DNA of 64,000 nucleotides from NCBI GenBank assembly GCA_963707025.1, contig CAVPOM010000004.1, forward strand, positions 1-64,000. Direction: 5' to 3'. Origin of the DNA: an uncultured Verrucomicrobiae bacterium. GTDB taxonomy: Bacteria; Verrucomicrobiota; Verrucomicrobiia; Limisphaerales; Palsa-1400. The first letter of the stretch is position 1, and each line of letters starts with the position of its first letter. Position numbers and translations under genes: made by a program. Positions 41,701 through 50,383 of the stretch are shown here, one piece after another. Under the pieces are notes generated by a model, which did not search any database, had not been told where the DNA came from, and saw nothing but the letters and a program-made list of their open reading frames with translations.

Positions 41701-44501
41701 CCGGCCTCACTCTTTACGGCACAACGTCAGAGGGCGGAACCAACTATTCAGGTGAGGTGTTTTCCGTTGGCACCAATGGCGCCGGCTTCAATGTTCTCTA
41801 CAATTTCAGCGGTGGCGCGGACGGGAACGATCCCACGGGCGAGTTAATCGTTGCCGGGACGACCCTTTATGGAACCACCCAATCTGGCGGAGTCAACGGC
41901 GTTGGCAACATTTTTTCCGTGAGCACCAATGGCGCCGTCTTCTCGAATCTCTACAGCTTCACCGATGGCGGCATTCCCTCTGCCGGCCTGGTCTTGTCCG
42001 GCCTCACTCTTTACGGCACCACGGCAGACGGCGGAACCAACTACTCAGGCGATGTGTTTTCGATTGGCACGAGCGGCAATGGTTACAAAGTGCTTTACAA
42101 CTTCACCGGCGATGCGGATGGGAGTTCGCCCTGCTGCAGCCTGGTGTTGTCCGCCAGCAGCCTTTTCGGAACCACGACCGGCGGCGGAACCAACTATGAT
42201 GGCACGGTGTTCTTGGTGAGCACCAGCGGCACCGGGTTCAAAGTGCTGCATAACTTCACGGGAGGAACGGATGACAGCGACCCGCAGGCAGGGCTTCTCC
42301 TTTCTGGCACCACGCTTTATGGAACCGCGCAGGGCGGCCAGATCAGCCAGGGCGCCATTTTTTCATTGTCCACCAGCGGCACCGGTTTCAAGGTGCTTTA
42401 CGACTTCACCCAAGGGTTGGATGGCGGCAACCCGGAAGCAGGGCCGATCCTCTCCGGGGGCACGCTTTACGGGGCCGCTCCGAACGTCGTTTATTCGGTG
42501 GAAGCCAGCGGCATCGGATATAAGGCGCTCTACCTCTTCACCAACGGCGAGGATGGGGATGATCCGTTTTACAGCCTGGTCCAGTCGGGGAGCACTCTTT
42601 ATGGAACCTGCTACGATGGCGGGTCGAATGGTTACGGCACGGTGTATTCGATCGCTACGAATGGCACGGGCTTCAAGGTGCTTCACACCTTCGCCGATGG
42701 CAATGACGGGGCCACCCCATGCAGCGGGTTGCTGCTCTCGGGGAGCACTCTCTACGGGGCCACGATGTCGGGCGGAACAAACGGCGCCGGAACGATTTTC
42801 TCCGTGAGCACCAGCGGCACGGCTTTCAAGACGGTTTACGCCTTCACCGGCGGCACCGATGGCGGCTCGCCATCCGGATTGATCTTGTCCGGCACGACGC
42901 TCTACGGCACGACGGCAGGCGGCGGCGATAATTACTCCGGGAATGTGTTCGCCGTGAAAACGGCCGGGACGGGATTCACCAATGTTTACAGTTTCACCGG
43001 CGGCGCCGACGGCAGCCTTCCCTCTGCCGGTCTGACCTTGTCCGGCAACACTCTTTTTGGCACGGCGTGCAACGGAGGGTCCAACATAATGTCCGCGGAC
43101 GGGCTGGCCGGCTGGGGAACGATTTACTCGGTGCTCACCAGCGGCGCCGGGTTCAAGGTGCTGCACACTTTCACCGGCGGCGCGGATGGAGGCAATCCGC
43201 AGTCGGCCCTGTTTCTGTCGGGCCAGACCCTCTATGGAACCACGTGCTACGCGGGTGACCAGGGCGGCGGCGGCACGGTTTTTATGGTCAATACAAATAC
43301 CGATTGTTTAACAACGCTTTACGGTTTCACCGGCGGTCCGGATGGGTCCAATCCCAACAGTGTGCTGGAATCCGGGAACACGCTTTATGGAACCTCCTAT
43401 GGGGGCGGTTATCTTTACGGCGGGACGGTGTTCAGCTTGTCGTTCGCGCCGGCCATCACCACCCAGCCCGTCAGTCTGGCGGTTTCCAACGGCACCGCGG
43501 CTGGCTTCATGGTGGCGGCGGCCGGCGTGGCGCCGCTCCATTATCAATGGCAGTTCAATGGGGTCTCCATCCCAGGGAGCACCAACACGGTCGTGGACCT
43601 GTCCTACGTGGTGGACAGTAATTCGGGCAATTACACGGTGGTGGTGACCAACTTCTATGGCAGCGTGACCAGCAGCGTGGCGGTGTTGACGGTGGCGCCT
43701 CCGCCGATTGTGCCGCCCGGCCAGCCGCCGCTGATTGGCGTTCAACCCCTCAGCCTGACGGTGAGCAACGGGCAGCCGGCGCAGTTTGGCGTTACGGCCT
43801 ACGGCGCCAGCCAGTATCAATGGTTCTGGAACGGCGCAGGCTTGGCCGGGGACACCAATTCGATCCTCAGCTTCTCAGCAGTGGCCGCCGCCAGCGCCGG
43901 CAATTACACCGTGGTTGCCGCCAACGCCTCAGGCAGTGTGACGAGCACGGTGGCGGTCTTGACCATCGTCGTGCCGCCCTTGCTGCCCAGGGTCGCGGGC
44001 GTCATCAGGAGCGCTCCCGCGATCACGGCCCAACCGAACAGCCTGACCGTATTGAACACCCAATCCGCGCTCCTTCAAGTCCAGGCTTCCGGCACCGCTC
44101 CCCTCAGCTACCAGTGGTCTTGCAACGGGCGGAACCTGGCCGGGGCTGCCGCCTCGACCCTCAGTCTGCCCGTGGTAACTACCAATAGCGCCGGCAGCTA
44201 CAGCGTGGTCGTGGCCAATGGCCTGGGCAGCGTGACCAGCGCGGTGGCTGTGCTGACTGTCACCGTTGCGAGCACCCCGCCGCAGATCATCACCAGCGAT
44301 GGCTTTTTCGGCTTCCTGACCAACCAGTTCGGGTTCAATGTCAGCGGCACGACCGGGCAGTCCATTGTGGTGGATGGTTCGACGGATCTGGTGAATTGGA
44401 CTCCGCTCTGCACCAACGCCGCCGGCGGCAATCCGTTTTACTTTTGCGATCCGTGCTGGACCAATTTTCCTGGGCGCTTTTACCGGGCCAGGGTGCAGTG
44501 A
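38790..44501 (+). CDS. 1903-aa secreted protein with Ig-like domains and tandem Gloeo_Verruco-type repeats
   Basis: Signal peptide; I..QP...YQW..NG...G.Y.VVV.N..GSVTS Ig repeats; many LYGTT..GG....GTVF...L..F.GG.DG..P repeats; C-terminal GRFYRARVQ. Confidence 0.9.
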   Translation: MKMKMSVRKPLALVASGLFLYALNLHGQSAPGITTQPQGQFATNGQPAGFSVGASGASPLHYQWQWNGVALAGATSSSLALTAVTNAGNITVVVTNSAGSVTSSVAGLVLIAPRALAVLHTFGSVGDGACPDGLVSSSNLLYGTTYSGGIYDGGSVFAVYPDGTDYTLPYQFTGGTDGGNPQIGLAIGDIWNGNSAIYGTAASGGAGGGTVFAVNGSHSGQLSGLKELTGVLGWGGGVVNSVFGFNYSALHIQFDVLDGFTGGSDGAGPQGGLIESGATFYGTTGQGGSSGYGTVYAVNDDASGFSTLYSFTNGVDGASPEAGLILAGTTLYGTTSSGGANALGTVFSINANGSGFKALHTFTGGGDGASPQAGLVLGRNVLYGTTSYGGASGCGTVFAVHTDGTGFKTLYAFSGGLDGANPEAGLTLAGDTLYGTARFGGNNNNGTVFSLATNGGLIVLYAFTGGADGANPPQSGLIVSGNTLYGVAQGGGANLAGTLFRLSPLVEIIQQPAGATVSSGSAASLTVVAAGVPPLAYQWWFNSSAIAGATNASLTLAAAGANNTGSYMVVATNAYGSATSSNGVLTVISGLPSIAAQPASAVAGLGQPAQFGVTAYGTWPLGYQWQFNGGALAGANGSTLSIPSAAATNAGSYSVIISNDFGAVTSSVAALAVYSAPAITVQPQGVMVLNGLPAEFAVSVCGAMPLGWQWFLNGSALDGGTNTMLSVPDVTSSDAGSYTVVVSNAYGSVTSSIAALTIDLPPTILVPPQNLVANAGETAAFSVSACGTAPLSYTWLCNGVPLAGATNSVLTLQVSTNSPGNYSVVVTNNCGSAASSAAMLLVEEPLACTVLHPFGVGWDGNGPNCGLVLGGGLLYGTTTEGGTNNAGTVFSASTSGGNCTVLYSFTGGADGANPYGHLVLSGNTLYGTASGGGANGNGSVFAIHTNGTGFTVLHSFNGDDGASPLAGLVLSGLTLYGTTSEGGTNYSGEVFSVGTNGAGFNVLYNFSGGADGNDPTGELIVAGTTLYGTTQSGGVNGVGNIFSVSTNGAVFSNLYSFTDGGIPSAGLVLSGLTLYGTTADGGTNYSGDVFSIGTSGNGYKVLYNFTGDADGSSPCCSLVLSASSLFGTTTGGGTNYDGTVFLVSTSGTGFKVLHNFTGGTDDSDPQAGLLLSGTTLYGTAQGGQISQGAIFSLSTSGTGFKVLYDFTQGLDGGNPEAGPILSGGTLYGAAPNVVYSVEASGIGYKALYLFTNGEDGDDPFYSLVQSGSTLYGTCYDGGSNGYGTVYSIATNGTGFKVLHTFADGNDGATPCSGLLLSGSTLYGATMSGGTNGAGTIFSVSTSGTAFKTVYAFTGGTDGGSPSGLILSGTTLYGTTAGGGDNYSGNVFAVKTAGTGFTNVYSFTGGADGSLPSAGLTLSGNTLFGTACNGGSNIMSADGLAGWGTIYSVLTSGAGFKVLHTFTGGADGGNPQSALFLSGQTLYGTTCYAGDQGGGGTVFMVNTNTDCLTTLYGFTGGPDGSNPNSVLESGNTLYGTSYGGGYLYGGTVFSLSFAPAITTQPVSLAVSNGTAAGFMVAAAGVAPLHYQWQFNGVSIPGSTNTVVDLSYVVDSNSGNYTVVVTNFYGSVTSSVAVLTVAPPPIVPPGQPPLIGVQPLSLTVSNGQPAQFGVTAYGASQYQWFWNGAGLAGDTNSILSFSAVAAASAGNYTVVAANASGSVTSTVAVLTIVVPPLLPRVAGVIRSAPAITAQPNSLTVLNTQSALLQVQASGTAPLSYQWSCNGRNLAGAAASTLSLPVVTTNSAGSYSVVVANGLGSVTSAVAVLTVTVASTPPQIITSDGFFGFLTNQFGFNVSGTTGQSIVVDGSTDLVNWTPLCTNAAGGNPFYFCDPCWTNFPGRFYRARVQ

Positions 44502-44720
44502 CTCTAATGCACAATGCCTCCTCCTCGGCCGGGCCTTCCTCCTTCACTGGAGTTACGGAGGACAGGACGGAGGACAGGGAATGCAAAATGGAGAAGCGGT
44601 TTGAACTGGAGAAAACGGAGAGATTTTGGACCCGGCCGGGCGGCACATTTGCTTCTTGTCGCGGGGCGGGGAGGGTGTATGGTTGGCGCAGTCACCACGA
44701 AACAAGCAAAGGCTTTAAAT

Positions 44721-47700
44721 ATGGGCGAGAATAAAACGATCTGGGCGTTCGACCTCGGAACGGGTTCGATTGGCGAAGCGGTGCGGGACGGGACCAAGTT
44801 TTTGCACAAGGCTTCACTATTGATCCCCGCGGATTTTGCCGAAACCAAAACCGCCGCTGGTCGTCGCCGCATGTGCCGGACGCGCCTTGCCCACCAGGCG
44901 CGTGAGACTTGGCTCGATGACTTAATGCTCAAGGCGGGAATTGAACCGCTCAAGGGGCGGCGTACTGTGAAAGTTGATGGCAAGTGGCAGGCCGCGCCCG
45001 AGACTGAGGAACAGCAGCGGAATCGGGAACGCCTGGAACGCGAGTTTGCAGAGGCGGGAGATTCAACTTGTTACACGTCCTGCCTGCTCCGCATCAAACT
45101 CCTGCGCGGTGAAAAACTTGAGCCTTGGCAGGTTTATAAAGCGTTGCATTCGGCCATTCAAAGGCGCGGTTACGACCCCAACATTCCGTGGAAAACCCGG
45201 ACACGGAGCAAGGCCAAGGCTGGACAATCCAATGATGATGACGCCGGGACGCAAGCCCGCATGGAAGAATTTGAGAGACATCTGGAAGAGATGGCTCCGG
45301 GGAAGCCGGAATTTCAAGTTCCCTGTTACTTTGATGCTTGGAAAATGGGACTCTGGAATCCGTCAGATCCGATGCGACTCAAGAATCGCCTTGATTGTCG
45401 CGCCGAAAGCACGCGCAATCAAGTCGTGCCGCGCGAGCTTGTCGAGAAGGAAATTCGCGCCCTTGTTGACGCTGCTGGGAAGTACTATCCCGCACTGGCC
45501 GGCCAAGCAGACTTCCTGCTTTATGGTCGCGCAAAAACCGCGTACGCGTCCTTCTATGGCAAGCTCCGCAAGCAACATAATTTGAAAGAAGGTGGCGCGA
45601 ATGATTGGCAGGGCGTAGTGGGCCAGAAGATTCCGCGCTTTGACAACCGCATCATCGGCAAGTGCGTTCTCATCCCGCGCTTGAACGTCTGCAAGATGCG
45701 GACAGATGAAAAGGGTGATTTGCACGCACAATCGCGCCTTGCCGCTGAAACGGTTTTCCTGATGAGGCTGAAGAATATGAGATTTCAGACTGCCGAGGGG
45801 CAACGTGGCTTGACCGCGCAAGAAATCAACACGGTCTTTAACGACCCCAAGCGAAAAAAACTGGCCTTGACCGAGACCGCGTGGAAAAAGCTCTGTGTGC
45901 TTTTTGGCGGGAAGCCGCTTCTGGGTCAGTTTCAGGAGGTCGAAGAACCCAGCTTTTCCGGGCGAAGCCGTTATTGTCGGCCCGCCTTGGAAATACTCAA
46001 GCGACTGATTCTCTCAGGGGATTCTCCCCAAGCCGCCCACGATAAAGAGCTCGCACGCCTGAATGGGAACTCGGATCCCCTCAAAGGATCGGTGCCTCAA
46101 GACCTCCGGTTCTTGCTCCAGATGGGAAAAACTTGGGATGGAATCTATATTCCGAATCAGAAACTGGATGCGCTCGCTCACTTGACAGGCTATGCAGACG
46201 AGGCCATCCGCGACCTCATCGGCACGCAGAACGATCCTGTGGTTCGGCACCGCCTCACCTTGTTCGCCGAGCGACTGCATAAGTTGAGGGAGAAATTCGG
46301 CGTGCCTGATTCGGTCGTCCTGGAATTTGTGCGCGAGGATTTTATGGGGAAGAAGGCCAAGATGGAATATTTCAAATTCCAGCGTGACCGTGCCGCGCAA
46401 CGAACAAAGGCGCGGGAACAAGCGCGAACCTTCGGCGCTGAGGAGCGCTCTTCAGGTCTCAAAATGGAATTGCTGACGGCTCAGGTTGGCGAATGCGTTT
46501 ACACTGCGGAAAAGTTGATTCCAGAGGAATTGGATCAATACGTGATTGACCATATTGTTCCAAGAGCCAAAGGGGGACCCGATTCGGTGCTAAACTATGT
46601 TTTGACGACCCGCCGGGCAAATGATGACAAGGGTAACCGGACGCCATTTGAGTGGCTTTCCGTGACGGTCGGATGGGATGCTTACGTTAATCGTGTCAAA
46701 GGCAGGATTGGCACGCTGCGGAACAAAAAAGTTCAGTTGCTCATTTCTGCCGAAGCCGAAAGTCTCGTGGAACGCTACACTTCGCTGGCCGAGACAGCCT
46801 GGATTTCCAAACTGGCGCAAACGATTATCGGCCTCCGGTTCGGCTGGCCGGGCGGTATTTCGGACGGGGAACGGAAGGTGATCGTCGTGTCCGGCGGACT
46901 GACCGGGCGCATTCGACGCAAGTACAAGCTCAACAGCCTGCTCAATCCAGAGGCCAAATCGGAGGAAGAAGCAGAAATAAAGAATCGCAAGGATGACCGC
47001 CATCACGCTCTTGATGCCATGGTCATCAGCTTCATCCCGGGCTGGGCGCGCAACGCGAAACTCTCCGGGTTCTTTCGATTTCCTGAAGGCGTGGATCGCG
47101 AGTTGTTTGGCCGTGAGATATCCGCGGTGATTCCAGAGGAGGTGTGCTTCGAAAAAGCGACGCTGGCGGAAACGATTTATGGGGTGCGCGGTCAAGGCCG
47201 AGGCAGACTGATTGTGCAGCGCAAGAAGGTTGTTGAACTCGCCCAAAAGCCGATGGCCCCGGGCAAAACAAACTTCGACCTCGCCTACGCCCAGAAGCAG
47301 ATACTATCAATTCGCGACGCGCACATTAGACAGCGACTCGCAGATTTCGTTGCCACCAGGCCCATCGAAGAGGCTTGGAACACATTTTGCGAAAGCTTTT
47401 GCCTGCGACGGACAGATGGATCATGCGGAAGTCCCATCAAATTAGTTCGGGTCAACGTAGGAGGAACCACCGAGTACAAGGATTTATCCAAAGATGGAAC
47501 GGGCGCATTCCGAAAGGGCTTCAAGGAACACAAAGGACAAATTGTATTTTTAGATAAAAAAGGAAAGCTCCGCGTTCGTCCCATTTATGCTTTTGAATCA
47601 GTCCGAACGGTACAAAGGGAACTTACGGCCTCCGGTGACTGCCAGGCGGTCAAGGGCTTTTTTCAGTCGGGGTGTTTGATCGAACTCGCCTCAAGCATCG

Positions 47701-47852
47701 CGCACCGTTCTACTCCGTTAGCGCCAGGAAGATACAAGCTGAACACGATGCGCACAGATGGTTACGTCACTGTAACGGACTCCGCCGGAAAAATTTCACT
47801 CCCTATCAGCTTGGAGAAAATGTTTGCTGCGGGTTTCAAGCGGGTCGAGTAA
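44721..47852 (+). CDS. cas9: Compact Cas9 (1043 aa), type II-C organisation
   Basis: RuvC-I WAFDLG, Arg-rich bridge helix, RuvC-II VLEFVRE, HNH DHIVP...N...N..KG.RTP, RuvC-III HHALDA; followed by cas1-cas2 and an array, with no csn2 or cas4. Confidence 0.95.
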   Translation: MGENKTIWAFDLGTGSIGEAVRDGTKFLHKASLLIPADFAETKTAAGRRRMCRTRLAHQARETWLDDLMLKAGIEPLKGRRTVKVDGKWQAAPETEEQQRNRERLEREFAEAGDSTCYTSCLLRIKLLRGEKLEPWQVYKALHSAIQRRGYDPNIPWKTRTRSKAKAGQSNDDDAGTQARMEEFERHLEEMAPGKPEFQVPCYFDAWKMGLWNPSDPMRLKNRLDCRAESTRNQVVPRELVEKEIRALVDAAGKYYPALAGQADFLLYGRAKTAYASFYGKLRKQHNLKEGGANDWQGVVGQKIPRFDNRIIGKCVLIPRLNVCKMRTDEKGDLHAQSRLAAETVFLMRLKNMRFQTAEGQRGLTAQEINTVFNDPKRKKLALTETAWKKLCVLFGGKPLLGQFQEVEEPSFSGRSRYCRPALEILKRLILSGDSPQAAHDKELARLNGNSDPLKGSVPQDLRFLLQMGKTWDGIYIPNQKLDALAHLTGYADEAIRDLIGTQNDPVVRHRLTLFAERLHKLREKFGVPDSVVLEFVREDFMGKKAKMEYFKFQRDRAAQRTKAREQARTFGAEERSSGLKMELLTAQVGECVYTAEKLIPEELDQYVIDHIVPRAKGGPDSVLNYVLTTRRANDDKGNRTPFEWLSVTVGWDAYVNRVKGRIGTLRNKKVQLLISAEAESLVERYTSLAETAWISKLAQTIIGLRFGWPGGISDGERKVIVVSGGLTGRIRRKYKLNSLLNPEAKSEEEAEIKNRKDDRHHALDAMVISFIPGWARNAKLSGFFRFPEGVDRELFGREISAVIPEEVCFEKATLAETIYGVRGQGRGRLIVQRKKVVELAQKPMAPGKTNFDLAYAQKQILSIRDAHIRQRLADFVATRPIEEAWNTFCESFCLRRTDGSCGSPIKLVRVNVGGTTEYKDLSKDGTGAFRKGFKEHKGQIVFLDKKGKLRVRPIYAFESVRTVQRELTASGDCQAVKGFFQSGCLIELASSIAHRSTPLAPGRYKLNTMRTDGYVTVTDSAGKISLPISLEKMFAAGFKRVE

Positions 47853-47858
47853 GGATTT

Positions 47859-48743
47859 ATGAGCCACCACATTCTCCATGTTCTCAAACATGGGTGCGTG
47901 TTGTCCAGAGACCGGGGGTTTTTGGTTTGCCGGGGCGAGGACAAGAGCGAAAACCGCATTCCTTACGAGGATTTGCGCGCGGTCATTATTGCCGCCCGCG
48001 GGGTTACACTCACTTCGAGCTTCGTTTCTGCCGTGCTGGAAACGGATGGAATTATTCTGCATTGCAACGAAAGTTACCAGCCTTGCGGGGTGACCGCTCC
48101 ACTGGGACGGGTGGTTGACACCAGAGCATACCTCCATCAGGCGGAGCGACCGGAGCGCCTGAACAATCGCCTCTGGCAGCATCTCATCCGGGGCAAAACG
48201 CTCAATCAATTGAAGGTGCTCAAGAAGCGGCAGTTGACTTCGCCTCATCTGGAATTGGCCTTGAAGGACGATTATTTCGACGAAGGCAATTGCGCACGGC
48301 GGTACTGGCAGCTTTATTTCCCTTCCATTGGCTGGGTTTCCTCGTCCCGGGACCGCCGGCAGGATAACGCGCCGAACAATATGTTGAATTATGGCTATGC
48401 GGTGCTGTCCGCTCTTTGCCACCGGGGTCTGCTGGTGCATGGGTTGACGCCGCTCCTCGGGGTCAAGCATTGCACGCGCTACCGTGCTGACCCGCTGGTC
48501 TATGATTTGATGGAGCCGTTTCGCCCGGCGGTGGATTTGATGATGGCTGAGTTCATGGTCGGCGAGGATGTCAGCATGAAAGCCTGGTGCAAAAAAGTGG
48601 GAACGCAACTGCGGGAGAAACGGGTGATGCACGAACGGTTTTCCTTGAAAATCATGGACGCGATTGATGCCTCGGCCAATTCTCTGGCGCGCAGTTACAG
48701 CGAAAAGTCGGACAAGCCGTTTTGGGTGCCGGAATTGGAATAG
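47859..48743 (+). CDS. cas1: CRISPR-associated endonuclease Cas1 (type II)
   Basis: EGNCARRYW, N.MLNYGYAVL, GL.P.LG..H, LVYDLMEPFRP.VD. Confidence 0.96.
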   Translation: MSHHILHVLKHGCVLSRDRGFLVCRGEDKSENRIPYEDLRAVIIAARGVTLTSSFVSAVLETDGIILHCNESYQPCGVTAPLGRVVDTRAYLHQAERPERLNNRLWQHLIRGKTLNQLKVLKKRQLTSPHLELALKDDYFDEGNCARRYWQLYFPSIGWVSSSRDRRQDNAPNNMLNYGYAVLSALCHRGLLVHGLTPLLGVKHCTRYRADPLVYDLMEPFRPAVDLMMAEFMVGEDVSMKAWCKKVGTQLREKRVMHERFSLKIMDAIDASANSLARSYSEKSDKPFWVPELE

Positions 48744-48755
48744 GAAAGGCCGCCG

Positions 48756-49112
48756 ATGGCCGTCGAAAAGAAAAGTCCGTTTCGTATGGGGTGGATTCTG
48801 GCCATGTTCGACTTGCCGGTGATGACCGAGCGGGAACGAAAAGCGGCGACAAGGTTCCGCAACGACCTCCTCGACAACGGTTATTTGATGATTCAGTTTT
48901 CCGTGTACGCGCGGCCCTGCGTCAGTTACGATCAGATGGAGGTGCATATCGGGCGGATCAAGGGATTGATTCCCACCGCCGGGAATGTCAGGCTGATGTT
49001 CATGACGGACGAGCAGTGGAAAAAAAGTTACACCGTGATCGGGGAGAATTACAAAGAGGATCGGCGTGCAAAAGACCCCTCCATTCCCAAACAAGTGGAT
49101 TTTTGGGAATAA
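48756..49112 (+). CDS. cas2: CRISPR-associated endonuclease Cas2
   Basis: MFDLPV...FRNDLLDNGYLMIQFSVY...G.VR...TDEQW. Confidence 0.96.
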   Translation: MAVEKKSPFRMGWILAMFDLPVMTERERKAATRFRNDLLDNGYLMIQFSVYARPCVSYDQMEVHIGRIKGLIPTAGNVRLMFMTDEQWKKSYTVIGENYKEDRRAKDPSIPKQVDFWE

Positions 49113-49196
49113 AACTGGCTCCCGGACGTGCTGGGCAGTGGTCCGAGAGCCAATATTTCAGTTAAGGCTTCTCCCCCCGGAGATGCGGGTAACTGT
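49111..49196 (-). ncRNA. Predicted tracrRNA (~85 nt)
   Basis: Anti-repeat at 49161-49192; 3' hairpin ggcucucggac/guccgggagcc (G-U only in - sense) followed by aguuuu; upstream TGGACA-N16-TAGAGT promoter-like sequence. Confidence 0.75.
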
Positions 49197-49233
49197 CTTA
49201 AACTCTACCACATCAAGCCATTCTGTCCAGCCT

Positions 49234-49866
49234 ATTATACCGCGCCTCTCCGGGGGGGGAAGCCAAAACTCCCGAAAATGAAATGCACGCAGTCAAGCGA
49301 TTATACCGCGCCTCTCCGGGGGGGGAAGCCAAAACCTTGGAATGACCACTTCAATCGTGGTGGCAATTATACCGCGCCTCTCCGGGGGGGGAAGCCAAAA
49401 CAGCAAGAGACTTTTGCAATGTAGCACGTTGATTATACCGCGCCTCTCCGGGGGGGGAAGCCAAAACTACGTCAAAACTTAAAAGGCCCGCCCGACTATT
49501 ATACCGCGCCTCTCCGGGGGGGGAAGCCAAAACGGGCGCGCCAATGCCGCAAATCCACCACCCATTATACCGCGCCTCTCCGGGGGGGGAAGCCAAAACT
49601 GGGGTGCTCTCTAGGTCGAGATGGCGGTGATTATACCGCGCCTCTCCGGGGGGGGAAGCCAAAACGGGCGCGCCAATGCCGCAAATCCACCACCCATTAT
49701 ACCGCGCCTCTCCGGGGGGGGAAGCCAAAACTGGGGTGCTCTCTAGGTCGAGATGGCGGTGATTATACCGCGCCTCTCCGGGGGGGGGAAGCCAAAACGA
49801 CGGTCTGGACTATCTGGCGGAGCCGGTCATTATACCGCGCCTCTCCGGGGGGGGGGAAGCCAAAAC
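49234..49866 (-). CRISPR. CRISPR array: 10 repeats (36 nt; last two 37 and 38 nt) and 9 spacers of 30 nt (7 unique)
   Basis: Repeat (- strand) GTTTTGGCTTCCCCCCCCGGAGAGGCGCGGTATAAT; + strand starts at 49234, 49300, 49366, 49432, 49498, 49564, 49630, 49696, 49762, 49829. Confidence 0.99.
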
Positions 49867-49886
49867 GATCATGAAGTTTTCTGGTC

Positions 49887-49945
49887 CTTGGCGACTTTTT
49901 CGAGAACGTGACCGCTTCGGGCGCGTTCTCGAAAAAGTCGCCAAG
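49887..49945. other. 22-bp perfect inverted repeat beside the array
   Basis: cttggcgactttttcgagaacg (49887-49908) / cgttctcgaaaaagtcgccaag (49924-49945). Confidence 0.85.
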
Positions 49946-50098
49946 CCTTGGGGCGCTCGTGGCTCGCGGGGAGGGATGGCCTGCGGCGGGCAGCGAGTGC
50001 GCGCCCTACCTCTAAAGGCATGCTCTGCGTCCATCGTCCGGGCTCCATCCTGGAGTTTCGCCCGGTGGCCCTGCTTGGCCGCTGTCCCGGTTCCGCTT

Positions 50099-50305
50099 TC
50101 AGGTCTGGCGGCTCTTGCGCCACTTGCTGCGGTGTTTCATGATCCAATCGGTCAAGGCACGCTCGAAACCGATGTCGTGGCCGGCCTTTTCGGACTCGAT
50201 CCACTTGTGCCGTAAAATCTCGTCCCGCTCCGCCTGGAATTCGCGGTAGAGGGAGGATCGTGTGACCACGTCGTTCTCTGATGGGCCGCTGGATGTGTTG
50301 GGCAT
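50099..50305 (-). CDS. Small DUF4032-like protein (68 aa)
   Basis: SLYREFQAERDEILRHKWIESEKAGHDIGFERALTDW. Confidence 0.75.
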   Translation of the reverse strand: MPNTSSGPSENDVVTRSSLYREFQAERDEILRHKWIESEKAGHDIGFERALTDWIMKHRSKWRKSRQT

Positions 50306-50383
50306 AAAACTTGGTATTTTTTGCTCAAAGACCGGCATGTTAGCGGGATGATGACGAATAATCAATGAAAAAGTAACCGGAAT

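Noticed and set aside
38790..44501. Internal DNA repeats as a possible array or DGR
   Set aside because: They are in-frame protein repeats; no reverse transcriptase gene and no adenine-specific variation noticed
44514..44720. 69-aa N-terminal extension of Cas9
   Set aside because: Runs through an intergenic repeat; RuvC-I begins just after ATG 44721
49143..49170. Plus-strand tracrRNA reading (agccaatat...gttaaggct)
   Set aside because: The minus-strand model has much longer repeat complementarity, G-U-compatible hairpin pairing, a U tract and a promoter candidate
49128..49728. Repetitive ORFs (YTAPLRGGKPK, VLASPPGEARYN)
   Set aside because: Translations of the 66-bp CRISPR period
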